The notes under the pieces are model-generated. The model made no database searches and was not told the DNA's origin. It saw nothing but the letters and a program-made list of their open reading frames with translations. Positions 19,457 through 29,557 of a DNA stretch of 64,000 nucleotides are shown here, one piece after another. Position 1 is the stretch's first letter. Every line of letters begins with the position of its first letter. A program made the position numbers and the translations under genes. This DNA is from Bacteroidales bacterium (GTDB lineage: Bacteria; Bacteroidota; Bacteroidia; Bacteroidales; WCHB1-69), in the NCBI GenBank assembly GCA_045600525.1, contig JAZRYC010000046.1:4117-68116 (forward strand), given 5' to 3'.

Positions 19457-20551
19457 ATGATCAATCCCAATTATTATTGCGTTATCATGGCCGGCGGCGT
19501 CGGTGCACGCTTTTGGCCCATGAGCAACAGCACAACGCCGAAGCAGTTTATTGATATTCTCGGCGAAGGAAAGACGTTAATCCAAAAGACTTTTGAACGA
19601 TTTACGAAAATCTGCCCCAAGGAAAACATATATATCGTTACCAGTACTTCTTATAAGGAGATTACAAAAGAGCAGTTGCCGGAAATTCATGACGATCAGA
19701 TCATATTGGAGCCTTATAGACGCAACACGGCCCCCTGCATCGCCTATGCAACGTATAAAATTAAGTCCAAAAATCCCCATGCGGTAGTGGTGGTGGCTCC
19801 CTCCGACCACGTTATTCTTAAGGAAGATGTCTTTGTTCGCGTGATTGAGCAGGGACTGGAGGCCGTCTCCTCTAAAAATTGGTTGCTCACTATAGGCATT
19901 CGTCCGTCTTCTCCCAATACTGGATATGGATATATCCAATATGATGAAGATAAGAGCTATGATAAGAATGCCACCATTTACGATGTAAAAACCTTTACCG
20001 AAAAACCGGAACTGGAAATGGCCCGTCGCTTCATTGAAAGTGGCGACTTCCTTTGGAATGCTGGTATTTTTATGTGGTCAGTACCTTCCATTATCCAAGC
20101 TTATGAACAATATCTGCCCGAGGTGGATAATTTGTTCAAACAGGGTGAGGACCTCTATAATACTGAACAGGAAACGGAATTCATAGATCGTATATATCAA
20201 GTATGTCGTAATATTTCCGTGGATTATGGTATTATGGAGAAAGCTCAGAATGTGAAAGTCTATGCGGCTGATTTCGGTTGGTCAGATCTAGGTACATGGG
20301 GCTCTCTTTACGAATTACGAAAGAAAGATACCAATAGAAACGCCATTTCCGGAAATCATGTTAAGACGTATGATACCACTAAGTGCGTGGTGAGCGTTCC
20401 CAAAAATAAAGTTGTTGTTTTACAAGGATTGGAAGACTACATTGTTGTTGAAAACAATGATATTCTTTTGATTTGCAAAAAGTCAGACGAGCAGCAAATC
20501 AGACAATATGTGGCCGACGTCCAAGTGGATTTCGGAAACAAATATATATAG
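19457..20551 (+). CDS. Mannose-1-phosphate guanylyltransferase (nucleotidyltransferase-only type)
   Basis: The 364-aa product has an N-terminus VIMAGGVGARFWPMS and overall ManC/GMP-like layout, without a C-terminal cupin/PMI domain. Confidence 0.8.
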   Translation: MINPNYYCVIMAGGVGARFWPMSNSTTPKQFIDILGEGKTLIQKTFERFTKICPKENIYIVTSTSYKEITKEQLPEIHDDQIILEPYRRNTAPCIAYATYKIKSKNPHAVVVVAPSDHVILKEDVFVRVIEQGLEAVSSKNWLLTIGIRPSSPNTGYGYIQYDEDKSYDKNATIYDVKTFTEKPELEMARRFIESGDFLWNAGIFMWSVPSIIQAYEQYLPEVDNLFKQGEDLYNTEQETEFIDRIYQVCRNISVDYGIMEKAQNVKVYAADFGWSDLGTWGSLYELRKKDTNRNAISGNHVKTYDTTKCVVSVPKNKVVVLQGLEDYIVVENNDILLICKKSDEQQIRQYVADVQVDFGNKYI

Positions 20552-20581
20552 GTCCAAGAATTCGTACAATATTGTAGGTAT

Positions 20582-22636
20582 ATGTCAGACAAATACAAGG
20601 CTATCAGAATTTCTTTATGGGGATTGATGGCCTTGTTTTGTTTTTTTTCTATTTGTGCACAGAATCCTGTAGATAGCGGTAAGGTTCGTTATCTGGAGGA
20701 AGTTCAAATAGGCGGAGATTATTTTCGTCAGGAAGCAGGTGTTGCGGTAGTTCAGACATTGACGGCGAAACAACTGCGCGACCTTCCGACTTTGCAACTT
20801 TCCGATGCGCTGAAATATATGTCTGGAGTTGTGATAAAAGACTATGGTGGCTCGGGAGGATTGAAAACCATATCCGTACGCGGATTGGGCGCTCAACATA
20901 CCGGAGTGGCCTATGATGGAATCGCTTTGACCGATTGTCAGACAGGACAGGTTGATTTAGGAAAACTTTCTTTAGAATATATAGAGAATATTACGCTTAC
21001 AACAGGCTTGTCGGAGGATCTCTTAAAACCGGCACGCCTCTTTTCCTTTAGCAATTTGCTTCAAATTAGAACACATGGACAGCTTCCTTCCAAGCCTCTT
21101 CGCCTCCGTGTTTCCATGACGGCTGGATCGTTTGGATTTTATTCTCCTCAGGTTTTTTGCGAACATTTGATGAAAAGCAAAAAACGCAACAATCGATTTT
21201 TCTTATGGAACTTATCTGCCAATTATACACATGCCAAAGGTGATTATCCCTATTTGCTGCATTATGGAGGTCCAACGGATAGTGTCTCAACAGAACGAAG
21301 ACAAAATACGGATGTATCTGCCTTTAATGTGGAAGCCAATGCCCGTATAGGAATAGATACTACGCAGGGCTTGTTCTTTAAATGGTATTATTACGATTCA
21401 GAAAGAGGTCTCCCTTCCGCTATAGTGTTCTATAATCTTCATTCCGCCCAAAGACTATGGAATAGGAATACTTTCGGACAATTGACCTATTTCAAATATT
21501 TTGATCCTCGTTGGGCCTATTTGCTCAACGCAAAATTCAATTATGACTACACGCATTATTTGGATCCGGATTATTTAAATGAAGATGGTTTTTTAGATAA
21601 TCAGTTTGTGCAATATGAAGGATACGTTTCCAATACGGTGAAATATAAAGCCTTGTCCTTGCATTTGGCAAAACCGGTGTATCTTGTATTGGCTCTGTCT
21701 AATGATTTGTTCTTTAATCAATTGAATTCTAATATAATGGAATATGAACAACCTAAAAGGTTCACGTCCATGACCGCTTTTTCCGTGTATTGTGGCAATA
21801 GGCGTTTCTCTCTATTGGGAAATGCGCTTTTGACAACGGTGAATAATATAACTTCCATGGATAAAGCGGACAAAAACTATGTTCATCTTTCTCCATCTGT
21901 TGGTGGCTCTGTTCGTCTGGGGCAGCAGCTGATGCTTCGAGCTTTCTATAAGAATATTTTCCGTATGCCTACTTTTAACGATTTATACTATCGTGAGGTT
22001 GGTAATGTCAATTTGGAACCCGAGAAAACGCACCAGTGGAATGTAGGTTTGGTGCTGGAGGAGCAGCGAATGGCTTCGGGCAAGGTGTTACTATCAGCTT
22101 CAATAGATGGTTATTTCAATATGGTAAAAGATAAAATAGTGGCGTTCCCTTCCCATAATCTGTTTTCTTGGACGATGTTGAATTATGGTCTTGTCTGGAT
22201 AGGAGGTTCGGATTTAAATGTCCATGTTCAATATCAGATGATTAAAGGGTATTGGTGGCGCCTAAACGGGAGCTGTTCTTATCAAAAGGCAGTTGACCGA
22301 ACGGATCCTCTTGGGAAGACGTTTAATCAGCAAATTCCCTATACTCCTCTTTGGTCTGGTTCTATAGGTGTGAGTTTTGATATGCCCTGGCTGACTGTTT
22401 CTTATGCTTTGATTGCTTGCGGGCAAAGATATGCGTTGGGGCAAAACATTCCCGACAATTTGGTGGAAGGTTATTTGGATCATAGCGTTACAGTGGGTCA
22501 TACTTACCGTATTAAGGCTATGGATTTGGGCTTTAAATGCGAGTTTTTGAATATTTCCAATAATAACTATGAAGTTATAAGAAACTATCCTATGCAGGGA
22601 TTCGGATGGCGGTTGAAGGTTTCTTTGGGTTGGTAG
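20582..22636 (+). CDS. TonB-dependent outer-membrane receptor
   Basis: The 684-aa product has a signal peptide, a plug region (ALKYMSGVVIKDYGGSGGLKTISVRGLG) and a C-terminal aromatic beta-barrel end (...WRLKVSLGW). Confidence 0.85.
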   Translation: MSDKYKAIRISLWGLMALFCFFSICAQNPVDSGKVRYLEEVQIGGDYFRQEAGVAVVQTLTAKQLRDLPTLQLSDALKYMSGVVIKDYGGSGGLKTISVRGLGAQHTGVAYDGIALTDCQTGQVDLGKLSLEYIENITLTTGLSEDLLKPARLFSFSNLLQIRTHGQLPSKPLRLRVSMTAGSFGFYSPQVFCEHLMKSKKRNNRFFLWNLSANYTHAKGDYPYLLHYGGPTDSVSTERRQNTDVSAFNVEANARIGIDTTQGLFFKWYYYDSERGLPSAIVFYNLHSAQRLWNRNTFGQLTYFKYFDPRWAYLLNAKFNYDYTHYLDPDYLNEDGFLDNQFVQYEGYVSNTVKYKALSLHLAKPVYLVLALSNDLFFNQLNSNIMEYEQPKRFTSMTAFSVYCGNRRFSLLGNALLTTVNNITSMDKADKNYVHLSPSVGGSVRLGQQLMLRAFYKNIFRMPTFNDLYYREVGNVNLEPEKTHQWNVGLVLEEQRMASGKVLLSASIDGYFNMVKDKIVAFPSHNLFSWTMLNYGLVWIGGSDLNVHVQYQMIKGYWWRLNGSCSYQKAVDRTDPLGKTFNQQIPYTPLWSGSIGVSFDMPWLTVSYALIACGQRYALGQNIPDNLVEGYLDHSVTVGHTYRIKAMDLGFKCEFLNISNNNYEVIRNYPMQGFGWRLKVSLGW

Positions 22637-22669
22637 AATTTTCCGTATTCTCTAAATCTTTCTTTTTCG

Positions 22670-22677
22670 TATTTTTG
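22670..22677 (+). promoter_or_regulatory. -7 box for the DUF4340-like/ribD unit
   Basis: TATTTTTGCCGCA. Confidence 0.45.
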
Positions 22678-22723
22678 CCGCATCTTTGAATTGAATGTTT
22701 CACCTGTGTAATGTTTTTAATAA

Positions 22724-23806
22724 ATGAAAAAGAAAATTATTTACATCGCATCTATATCTGTCTTAGTTGTTGTCTGCTTAGTCCTGGCTCTATTCAAGTC
22801 AGGCGCCTTCCAAGGTTCAGGCGCTCCGAAATCGGATATTTTCGCAGTTAAGGATACGGCAAGTATCACGAAGGTCTTTATAGCGGATATGAATGGTGAA
22901 TATGTATTGTTGAATCGCCGGGAAGGATCGTGGTATGTTCAAGATTCTATCCAGGCCCAGCCTTCCAAAGTGAAGGAACTGCTTGCAACGATTTGCAATG
23001 TGACACTTCAACAAACGGTGGCAAAAACCGCACAATCCAATATCAATAAGATGATGTCGGTGAATGCCGTCAAAGTCGAAATCTATCAAAAAGCCCCTAA
23101 GTTCAAGCTTTTCGGTATAAAATTTTTCAATAGGGAACGTTTGGCAAAAACCTATTATATGGGACCAGCCACGATGGACAACACGGCTAATTTTGCCATT
23201 CTTGACGGATTTGACGAGCCCTGTATTGTACATATCCCCGGTTTCCGCGGCTTTCTAACGCCGTTTTATTCCTTTAAGGAAGAAGAATGGTATAATTGCG
23301 ACCTCTTTACGACTAAAATTACGCGTATCCAATCTCTTTCAGTTCGCGATTATGAGCATCCGGAGCAGTCTTTTACCATTGAAAAGTCTGGTCCCCGTTT
23401 CTTTAATCTATTTGATGCCCAACATCAGCAGATTATGGAATATGATACCGTGAAACTTCTGGATATGCTGGCTGAGTATAGGGATTTAAATTATGAGATT
23501 TATATTACGAATATGAGTACTTCCACCAGAGATTCTATTTTGAAATTCAATAAATTTAAGACTATTACCTTGGTGGATGTGAATGGGGTGGAAACAAAAT
23601 TGGATATGTATCGCAAATTAACCCAGGATGCCTTGTCTTTGGATGCTATTCTTGAACAAGAGCAACCCGCCGCAGAAAATTTGCCTTATAATCGCGACAA
23701 ATTCTATGCTGTTTTGAATGGCAATACGAAGAATTTGGTTCAATGCCAATATTATCATTTCGATCGTCAGAACCAACCATTGTCTTATTTTCTAAAACAA
23801 CAATAG
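22724..23806 (+). CDS. Membrane-anchored hypothetical protein, DUF4340-like
   Basis: The 360-aa product has a single N-terminal TM segment. The family assignment is from memory of sequence style only. Confidence 0.5.
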   Translation: MKKKIIYIASISVLVVVCLVLALFKSGAFQGSGAPKSDIFAVKDTASITKVFIADMNGEYVLLNRREGSWYVQDSIQAQPSKVKELLATICNVTLQQTVAKTAQSNINKMMSVNAVKVEIYQKAPKFKLFGIKFFNRERLAKTYYMGPATMDNTANFAILDGFDEPCIVHIPGFRGFLTPFYSFKEEEWYNCDLFTTKITRIQSLSVRDYEHPEQSFTIEKSGPRFFNLFDAQHQQIMEYDTVKLLDMLAEYRDLNYEIYITNMSTSTRDSILKFNKFKTITLVDVNGVETKLDMYRKLTQDALSLDAILEQEQPAAENLPYNRDKFYAVLNGNTKNLVQCQYYHFDRQNQPLSYFLKQQ

Positions 23807-23827
23807 AAGAGGTTGTCACCATTGCTT

Positions 23828-24796
23828 ATGCAGAAGGATGAAATCTTTATGCAGCGCTGTCTGCAATTGGCACGCCTTGGCTTGGGAAAGGTTCAACCCA
23901 ATCCGATGGTGGGTGCTGTAATTGTGTATAGGGACAAAATTATCGGCGAGGGCTATCATCACCAGTATGGCGAGGCACATGCGGAAATTAATGCCATTAA
24001 TTCTGTTAAAGAAAAAAACCTTCTTCGTGAATCCACAATATATGTGAGTTTGGAACCTTGTTCTCATTTTGGGAAAACGCCCCCTTGTGCAGATGCCATT
24101 ATTCGCTATGGATTTCCAAAAGTGGTAATCGGTACAGTGGATTATCATGACAAAGTGAATGGCAGTGGAATACAGAAACTTCGCCAAGCAGGCATAGAAG
24201 TTGTTGAACATGTATGTGAAGAGGATTGCGTAGAGTTAAATCGTCGTTTTTTTACTTACCACCGTCTTCATCGCCCGTATGTTATTTTAAAGTGGGCCCA
24301 GACGGCTGACGGCTATATGGATGTGGATAGAAGCGATGGAAAGCCCCATACATATTGGATTACCAATCCGGCATTAAAAGTATTGGTCCATAAATGGAGA
24401 AGTGAGGAGGATGCCATATTGGTGGGTTATAATACCATGAATAATGACCAACCTCAATTGACCACGAGACTATATCCAGGGAAAAACCCACAACGATATG
24501 TGATGCAAAGAACAGATGAGAAAATTTCACACAAGGATTACAAGATTCTTCCCATGGAAGTAAAGGCTGCCCTTCAGGAAATGTATGAGGATCGTATTCA
24601 ATCGGTCATAGTGGAAGGCGGACGTAAGACATTGGATCGATTTTTAATATCCGACTTGTGGGATGAAGCCCGTATCTTGGTTGGAAACCAACAATGGGAA
24701 GGAGGCATAAAGGCTCCAACGTTACCTTCATCTCTTGTTTTTCAGGAACAAAGTGTGGATGATAATAAGATATTCTATGTTCGAAGACACCTATAA
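23828..24796 (+). CDS. ribD: Bifunctional riboflavin biosynthesis deaminase/reductase
   Basis: It has deaminase motifs (HAEINA, PCSHFGKTPPC) and a C-terminal reductase half. The track ORF begins at a TTG (23813). The first ATG is at 23828 (MQKDEIFMQRC). Confidence 0.9.
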   Translation: MQKDEIFMQRCLQLARLGLGKVQPNPMVGAVIVYRDKIIGEGYHHQYGEAHAEINAINSVKEKNLLRESTIYVSLEPCSHFGKTPPCADAIIRYGFPKVVIGTVDYHDKVNGSGIQKLRQAGIEVVEHVCEEDCVELNRRFFTYHRLHRPYVILKWAQTADGYMDVDRSDGKPHTYWITNPALKVLVHKWRSEEDAILVGYNTMNNDQPQLTTRLYPGKNPQRYVMQRTDEKISHKDYKILPMEVKAALQEMYEDRIQSVIVEGGRKTLDRFLISDLWDEARILVGNQQWEGGIKAPTLPSSLVFQEQSVDDNKIFYVRRHL

Positions 24797-25391
24797 AACC
24801 ATTGTGGCCCCTTCTGTGGGTAGTTATAGCGAGAAGCGTAGCAAGTTTCTGGCGTATGCCTTTCCTGTACAGACGGAAGAGCAGATAAAAAACCATATTT
24901 CTGAGATTCAAAAAAAACACAATGATGCGCGTCATCATTGTTATGCCTATATTTTAGGACCTCATAAGGATGCTTATCGAATGAATGACAACGGAGAACC
25001 ATCTGGGACGGCCGGTCGTCCTATTCATGGGCAGCTACTATCAAAAGATCTAACTAACACATTGGTGATCGTAGTTCGTTATTTTGGAGGAATCAAGTTG
25101 GGTGTCAGTGGATTGCAAAATGCATATAAGATTGCGGCCAGAGAAGCATTGGATGCGGCTACTATAGTGGAAAAGACCATAGATGAAGTGTATGACGTAA
25201 CATTTGAATATCTTCAAATGAATGCCGTGATGCAGTTGATGAAAGATCCCTTTGTGACGATTATCAGTCAGCAGAGTGATCTTAATTGTACGATTCGATT
25301 CAGCATACGCCGCAGAGAGGCAGACCGTATTGTCACCGCTTTGCGCAAAGTTTCTTCCCAAGTGAATTTAGTAGAGAAAAATATCGTTTAG
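24777..25391 (+). CDS. YigZ/IMPACT-family protein (UPF0029)
   Basis: The sequence ...SKFLAYAFPVQTEEQIKNHISEIQKKHNDARHHCYAY...DNGEPSGTAG is typical of the family. I chose the ATG at 24777 (the track uses a TTG at 24735). It overlaps the ribD stop by 20 nt. Confidence 0.8.
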   Translation: MFEDTYKTIVAPSVGSYSEKRSKFLAYAFPVQTEEQIKNHISEIQKKHNDARHHCYAYILGPHKDAYRMNDNGEPSGTAGRPIHGQLLSKDLTNTLVIVVRYFGGIKLGVSGLQNAYKIAAREALDAATIVEKTIDEVYDVTFEYLQMNAVMQLMKDPFVTIISQQSDLNCTIRFSIRRREADRIVTALRKVSSQVNLVEKNIV

Positions 25392-25954
25392 AAATCCAAT
25401 CCGTTAAGTTCGCCCCTTGGATGGGTGATGGTATATTTGGAAAAGCGTTCGTCGGCTTCAAAGCCGTCTCCGTAATTGACAGAACCATCTGCTTTGGTTT
25501 GCTTAACCAATGTATGGGAATAAATGCATTTGTTTTTTTGGTCCCAAATAATTTCCTCTGTTTTTAATGTATCACCTTTGATAAGGTCGCAAATAACAAC
25601 GTTTTTAGAGGCTTTATACATGGAGTTGTTAATGTTGCAGGCATAGTCGGCGGTTAGAACAGACTGTTTTTCGCCATAGTCCGTATAGGAAGTAACTGTA
25701 ATTCCCATTGGGCATTCCATGTAGTTGGAATCGGTGGAATAGGTGTTAAAAAGGGGGGCTTTTACGATGAAGCTGACGATGCCGGAGTCGCTGATGGTGA
25801 GCGTCATGTTTTCTGCAGACTCATCGGGATATTTTCCTTCGTAAGAAAGGAGTATGGATTTGTTTTGTTTATGGTTACAGGAAACAAAAAACATCATAAG
25901 GCACAAGGCCGTTATGATGTTTTTTGTAATATGTTTTGATATTTGCAGAAGCAT
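25388..25954 (-). CDS. Small envelope lipoprotein, LptC-like
   Basis: The 188-aa product has a lipobox-like FFVSC. The C-terminal pattern (LTADYA...NVVICDLIKGDTLKTEEIIWDQKNKCIYS...GFEADERFSKYTI) resembles Bacteroidota LptC. This was not verified by search. Confidence 0.5.
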   Translation of the reverse strand: MLLQISKHITKNIITALCLMMFFVSCNHKQNKSILLSYEGKYPDESAENMTLTISDSGIVSFIVKAPLFNTYSTDSNYMECPMGITVTSYTDYGEKQSVLTADYACNINNSMYKASKNVVICDLIKGDTLKTEEIIWDQKNKCIYSHTLVKQTKADGSVNYGDGFEADERFSKYTITHPRGELNGLDF

Positions 25955-27402
25955 TATCTTACGGTTGTGTTTTCTTGGATCCAGCAGCCCACGTGATATG
26001 AATCACCATTGTTGAGACCACGAACGAAGCGATCTTGTTGGCTGGGGAATCTAAGTTTGGCGCGTTGAGCATTAGCTTTTTCGGCACAACTCGGATCAAC
26101 GGCAGCGGCTTTGCTGTATTTGTCGGCAGCGGCCCATGCAAAATCGTAAGGAATGCCATCAGTACATCTACCACCGGAATTAGCGTAGAGGTCGCCAATG
26201 AGAATATAGGCTTTTCCCATGTTTGGTTGATATTTCAATGCGGCGTATGCGGCATTACGGGCTTCAGAGAAGGAACTCTTGGTTTGATAAGCCAAAGCGA
26301 GCATGTAATTGGCTTCAGCCTTCTGTTCGTTGGTCTCGCTTAAGCTAACAGCTTCCTGAAGGTATTTTACGGCGTTATCCAATTCAACATTTTCGTGAGA
26401 GGTAACGTAGCTCTTCAATGAGAGGTTACCCATCATGAAGGCAGAGTTACGGCTCGGGTTGGCTTTGTGGAGAATTTCAAGACCTTCTTTGAAGATAGGA
26501 CTGGAAAGACAACCGCTCTTTGACATGGTCATGACCATTTTGTAGATGGCGGCCATATCACCTCTGATTTTATCCATCTTGTTGGTATAGATACCTTCCA
26601 ATACGTTGCAGGATGCATAAGGCGTAATCTTGTTTTCGATCTTTGCCAAAGTTTTGCGATAGTTGGTGACGAGTTTTATTTGACGGGTTGTATCAGCGGC
26701 CAGAGGTTTGATTCTTTTGTCGTATTCCATTCTGTCTATTTGACCGGCTTCGTATTGAGCAGTTAGGGTGTCAATAGCGGCAACTCCGGTTTCATAGTTT
26801 TTCTGTGCATTGGTAATGGAAAGATCCAAGTAGTCGGTAGCCCGTTCGTAGGCTTCAATAACAATGCTGGTGTCTTTCTTTGCCTTGGTTAAACTTTCAG
26901 AAAGTTGGAAATAGGTGTCCCAAACGGCCGGTTGCGTGTTTTCTTTCTCAAGTTCGATGGATTCCACATACCAATCGTATGCTTGTTCGAAGTTGGCTTT
27001 ACGATAGCGCATGGTGTTGTAGGCCATATAACCCAAACCTGATCCCCTTGTGAATTTATCGGGGAAATAGTTGCTGCGAACCTCATATACCCAGAGAAGA
27101 GTATCGATGTAGTGCTCTCTTTTTACAGAATCTGTTTCGGCTTTGATGAGGTTGTCAAACATAGTCTGTGCATTGGTATATATACCGTTCCAGCTGCAAG
27201 GACAGTTGTTAACGATATATTGCCATGCTTCGTATGCGTCCACGTAGCTTTTTGCTTTGTAAAAGGTGTTGAAATTAGTGATTTGCTCCAAGCATTTCAA
27301 GGAGTCTTCTTCTGTTGCACCATATTGGAATGGGCAGTTTTTCTGTCCGAAGGCCAAGCTGCCAGAGGCAAGCAACAGGATGGCTACTAATAATTTTTTC
27401 AT
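25954..27402 (-). CDS. Secreted TPR-like repeat protein
   Basis: The 482-aa product has the signal peptide MKKLLVAILLLASGSLAFGQ and a helical-repeat composition. Its stop overlaps the downstream start in a TAATG. Confidence 0.7.
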   Translation of the reverse strand: MKKLLVAILLLASGSLAFGQKNCPFQYGATEEDSLKCLEQITNFNTFYKAKSYVDAYEAWQYIVNNCPCSWNGIYTNAQTMFDNLIKAETDSVKREHYIDTLLWVYEVRSNYFPDKFTRGSGLGYMAYNTMRYRKANFEQAYDWYVESIELEKENTQPAVWDTYFQLSESLTKAKKDTSIVIEAYERATDYLDLSITNAQKNYETGVAAIDTLTAQYEAGQIDRMEYDKRIKPLAADTTRQIKLVTNYRKTLAKIENKITPYASCNVLEGIYTNKMDKIRGDMAAIYKMVMTMSKSGCLSSPIFKEGLEILHKANPSRNSAFMMGNLSLKSYVTSHENVELDNAVKYLQEAVSLSETNEQKAEANYMLALAYQTKSSFSEARNAAYAALKYQPNMGKAYILIGDLYANSGGRCTDGIPYDFAWAAADKYSKAAAVDPSCAEKANAQRAKLRFPSQQDRFVRGLNNGDSYHVGCWIQENTTVR

Positions 27403-27429
27403 CTTTCTTATTTTTTTATAGTTAATATT

Positions 27430-28710
27430 CTAATCTAATTTCATTCGTTGATACCATTTCTCCTGTAAGGTGAAATTGAAGGTGAAACGGAAGTAATTCT
27501 GCTGAAGAAGGTCGTTCACCGTGGTTCCTAATCTGCCATATTCGAATACTACATTGATAGAAGAATGCGTGTTAAAGGTGTTTAATGGAATACCAAGCCC
27601 CAAACAGACTCCGAATTCGCTGATAGGTTTATTATGGAATAAAATTTCTCCGGTAGAATATCTTGCTCCAAGTCGGAAACTCATTTTCTTGAAGAATTTA
27701 TTGGATTGAGGATCAGGAGTAAATTGAGCCCCAAGGGAAGCGCTAATGGCGTTCGTCAAGGAATCTTGTTTGCCCATAAAGGAGTATTGATTCCAATTCT
27801 GCCAAGTAACATCTGCAGCAATGGTTAGTTTGTCGTTGTAGGTATAGCTTAATCCACCGCCAACAGATTGCGGAATACGGAGATTTCCTCGGTTTTCATC
27901 ATTATAATACACGGTATCATAAGAAGTCACAGAACTATAGGAACCTTCGTATGAATTGATGAGTAATTTCTCTTTTGCCCAGATATAGGCTGTGTTTCCA
28001 TAAACGGCTCCAAAGCCCAATCGATGCTTTTCCTTGATATTGACGAAGTATTGTATACCTCCGGTAAGATGAATACCATCAATATGAAAAGCATCGTTGA
28101 TATACGAATTGTAGAAGTTGCTGCCGTCAAAGGAAATATTGCGGGTATTGTACAGGGAGCCGAACATATAGGAGGCATTCAAACCAATGGAAAGCCCTTT
28201 GCAGAGCTTAAAGGCGTTTCCCCAATACAGTTGGTTGAGCCCTCCGTTCCCGGAATACAAGTAAGATACATTACCGACGTTGTCAATAGTTTTGGAATCT
28301 TCAATGCTGTAACCTACATTACTGAAAGGAATGACTCCGATGCTGGTTCGCCAATGGGGAGTAACAGGAAGACCGATGGAGATGTATCCAGGGCGGGCAA
28401 AGGAATTTTTCTGTGTGTTGGCAGAATTGCTTAACGTGGAGACGTAGATGGATGCGGCAGCGTCTGCCACCAGTGACAAGGAATCAAAGGCCGCGTAGGA
28501 AGCGGGATTTCTGAAATTTATAAAATAAGGACTCTGCACGGCATAGGAAGAACCACCCATTCCGTCTAAAACAGCATTGGAATATTTGTTTACCATGCCG
28601 ATTCCGAAACTGGAATAAGGATTGCTGATTTCATTCTGTGCTTGCGTGGAAATAATTCCAAACATTGCCACACAGGTCAGAATCAATCTGTAAATATGTT
28701 TATGCCACAT
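27430..28710 (-). CDS. Predicted outer-membrane beta-barrel protein (family unassigned)
   Basis: The 426-aa product has a signal peptide (..IISTQAQN) and alternating aromatic/Gly-rich beta-strand patterns throughout. Confidence 0.6.
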   Translation of the reverse strand: MWHKHIYRLILTCVAMFGIISTQAQNEISNPYSSFGIGMVNKYSNAVLDGMGGSSYAVQSPYFINFRNPASYAAFDSLSLVADAAASIYVSTLSNSANTQKNSFARPGYISIGLPVTPHWRTSIGVIPFSNVGYSIEDSKTIDNVGNVSYLYSGNGGLNQLYWGNAFKLCKGLSIGLNASYMFGSLYNTRNISFDGSNFYNSYINDAFHIDGIHLTGGIQYFVNIKEKHRLGFGAVYGNTAYIWAKEKLLINSYEGSYSSVTSYDTVYYNDENRGNLRIPQSVGGGLSYTYNDKLTIAADVTWQNWNQYSFMGKQDSLTNAISASLGAQFTPDPQSNKFFKKMSFRLGARYSTGEILFHNKPISEFGVCLGLGIPLNTFNTHSSINVVFEYGRLGTTVNDLLQQNYFRFTFNFTLQEKWYQRMKLD

Positions 28711-29425
28711 TGAACCTTAATATTTTATACAAACCCACCATTACTAAATTGGGGGCGGCAAATATACGATTTTTTATGAAATCCATGAGGAAACCAGCAT
28801 CACCACCGGTGATAACGGATTGTAAAGTTGGATATGTTTTTCGATAATGTTGTATAAAGCCGTCAATTTCGCAAGACATACCGTTAATTACGCCTGACAA
28901 TATGGAATTCTCGGTGGTGTCGCCGATAAAGAAATCTATGTTGTTAGGAGAGATAAGAGGAAGGTTTGCCGTGTTTTGATGTAATGATTGGAAACGCATG
29001 GACATACCGGGGGCTATAGAGCCACCCAGATATTCTCCCTGGGCATTGATAAAGTCCGTTACTAAACAAGTCCCAGCCTGAAAAGATAGTACATCTTGGT
29101 GTGGAAAAAGGGAGGCAGCGCCGACGGCATTGGCGATTCTATCGGTTCCCAAGGTAGAAGGTGTTGCATATTTGATGTCAATGGGCAATTTTAGATCTGT
29201 GGAGAAAGGAATCGTGGAAACCTGTCTGCCAATCCAATCAAAGAGATCAGGTTCTATTTTTCCAACGGAGGAAATAATGGCAGACTGTATGGGAAACTGC
29301 GCAAAAATGTCGGCGTAGTCATTTTTCCGAAGAGTGGGTTGCTGAAGGAGGCTGACTATTTCTCCTGTTTCACTGAAAACGGCCGCCTTATGGTTGGTGT
29401 TGCCGATGTCTATAATTAAATACAT
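28700..29425 (-). CDS. coaX: Type III pantothenate kinase
   Basis: The 241-aa product begins MYLIIDIGNTNHK and contains GTDR and ITGGDA. Confidence 0.92.
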   Translation of the reverse strand: MYLIIDIGNTNHKAAVFSETGEIVSLLQQPTLRKNDYADIFAQFPIQSAIISSVGKIEPDLFDWIGRQVSTIPFSTDLKLPIDIKYATPSTLGTDRIANAVGAASLFPHQDVLSFQAGTCLVTDFINAQGEYLGGSIAPGMSMRFQSLHQNTANLPLISPNNIDFFIGDTTENSILSGVINGMSCEIDGFIQHYRKTYPTLQSVITGGDAGFLMDFIKNRIFAAPNLVMVGLYKILRFNVA

Positions 29426-29493
29426 AACAACTAAACGAAGAAACGGGTTGTTTATTGCATGAGTGTCTGGCTTTTGAACATTATGATTTTTGC

Positions 29494-29501
29494 TACTTTT
29501 G
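29494..29501 (+). promoter_or_regulatory. -7 box for mntP
   Basis: TACTTTTGCAGTG. Confidence 0.4.
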
Positions 29502-29557
29502 CAGTGTGTTCAAAATGAATGCACGACAATTATCTTTATTAAGTTAGTAGATTTAAA

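Noticed and set aside
29426-29557. I expected a yybP-ykoY (Mn2+) riboswitch upstream of mntP. A 19-codon hydrophobic ORF also lies at 29459..29518.
   Set aside because: I could not find the conserved yybP-ykoY elements in the 132-nt spacer. The mini-ORF overlaps the predicted -7 box and has no support. An Infernal scan with RF00080 would settle it.
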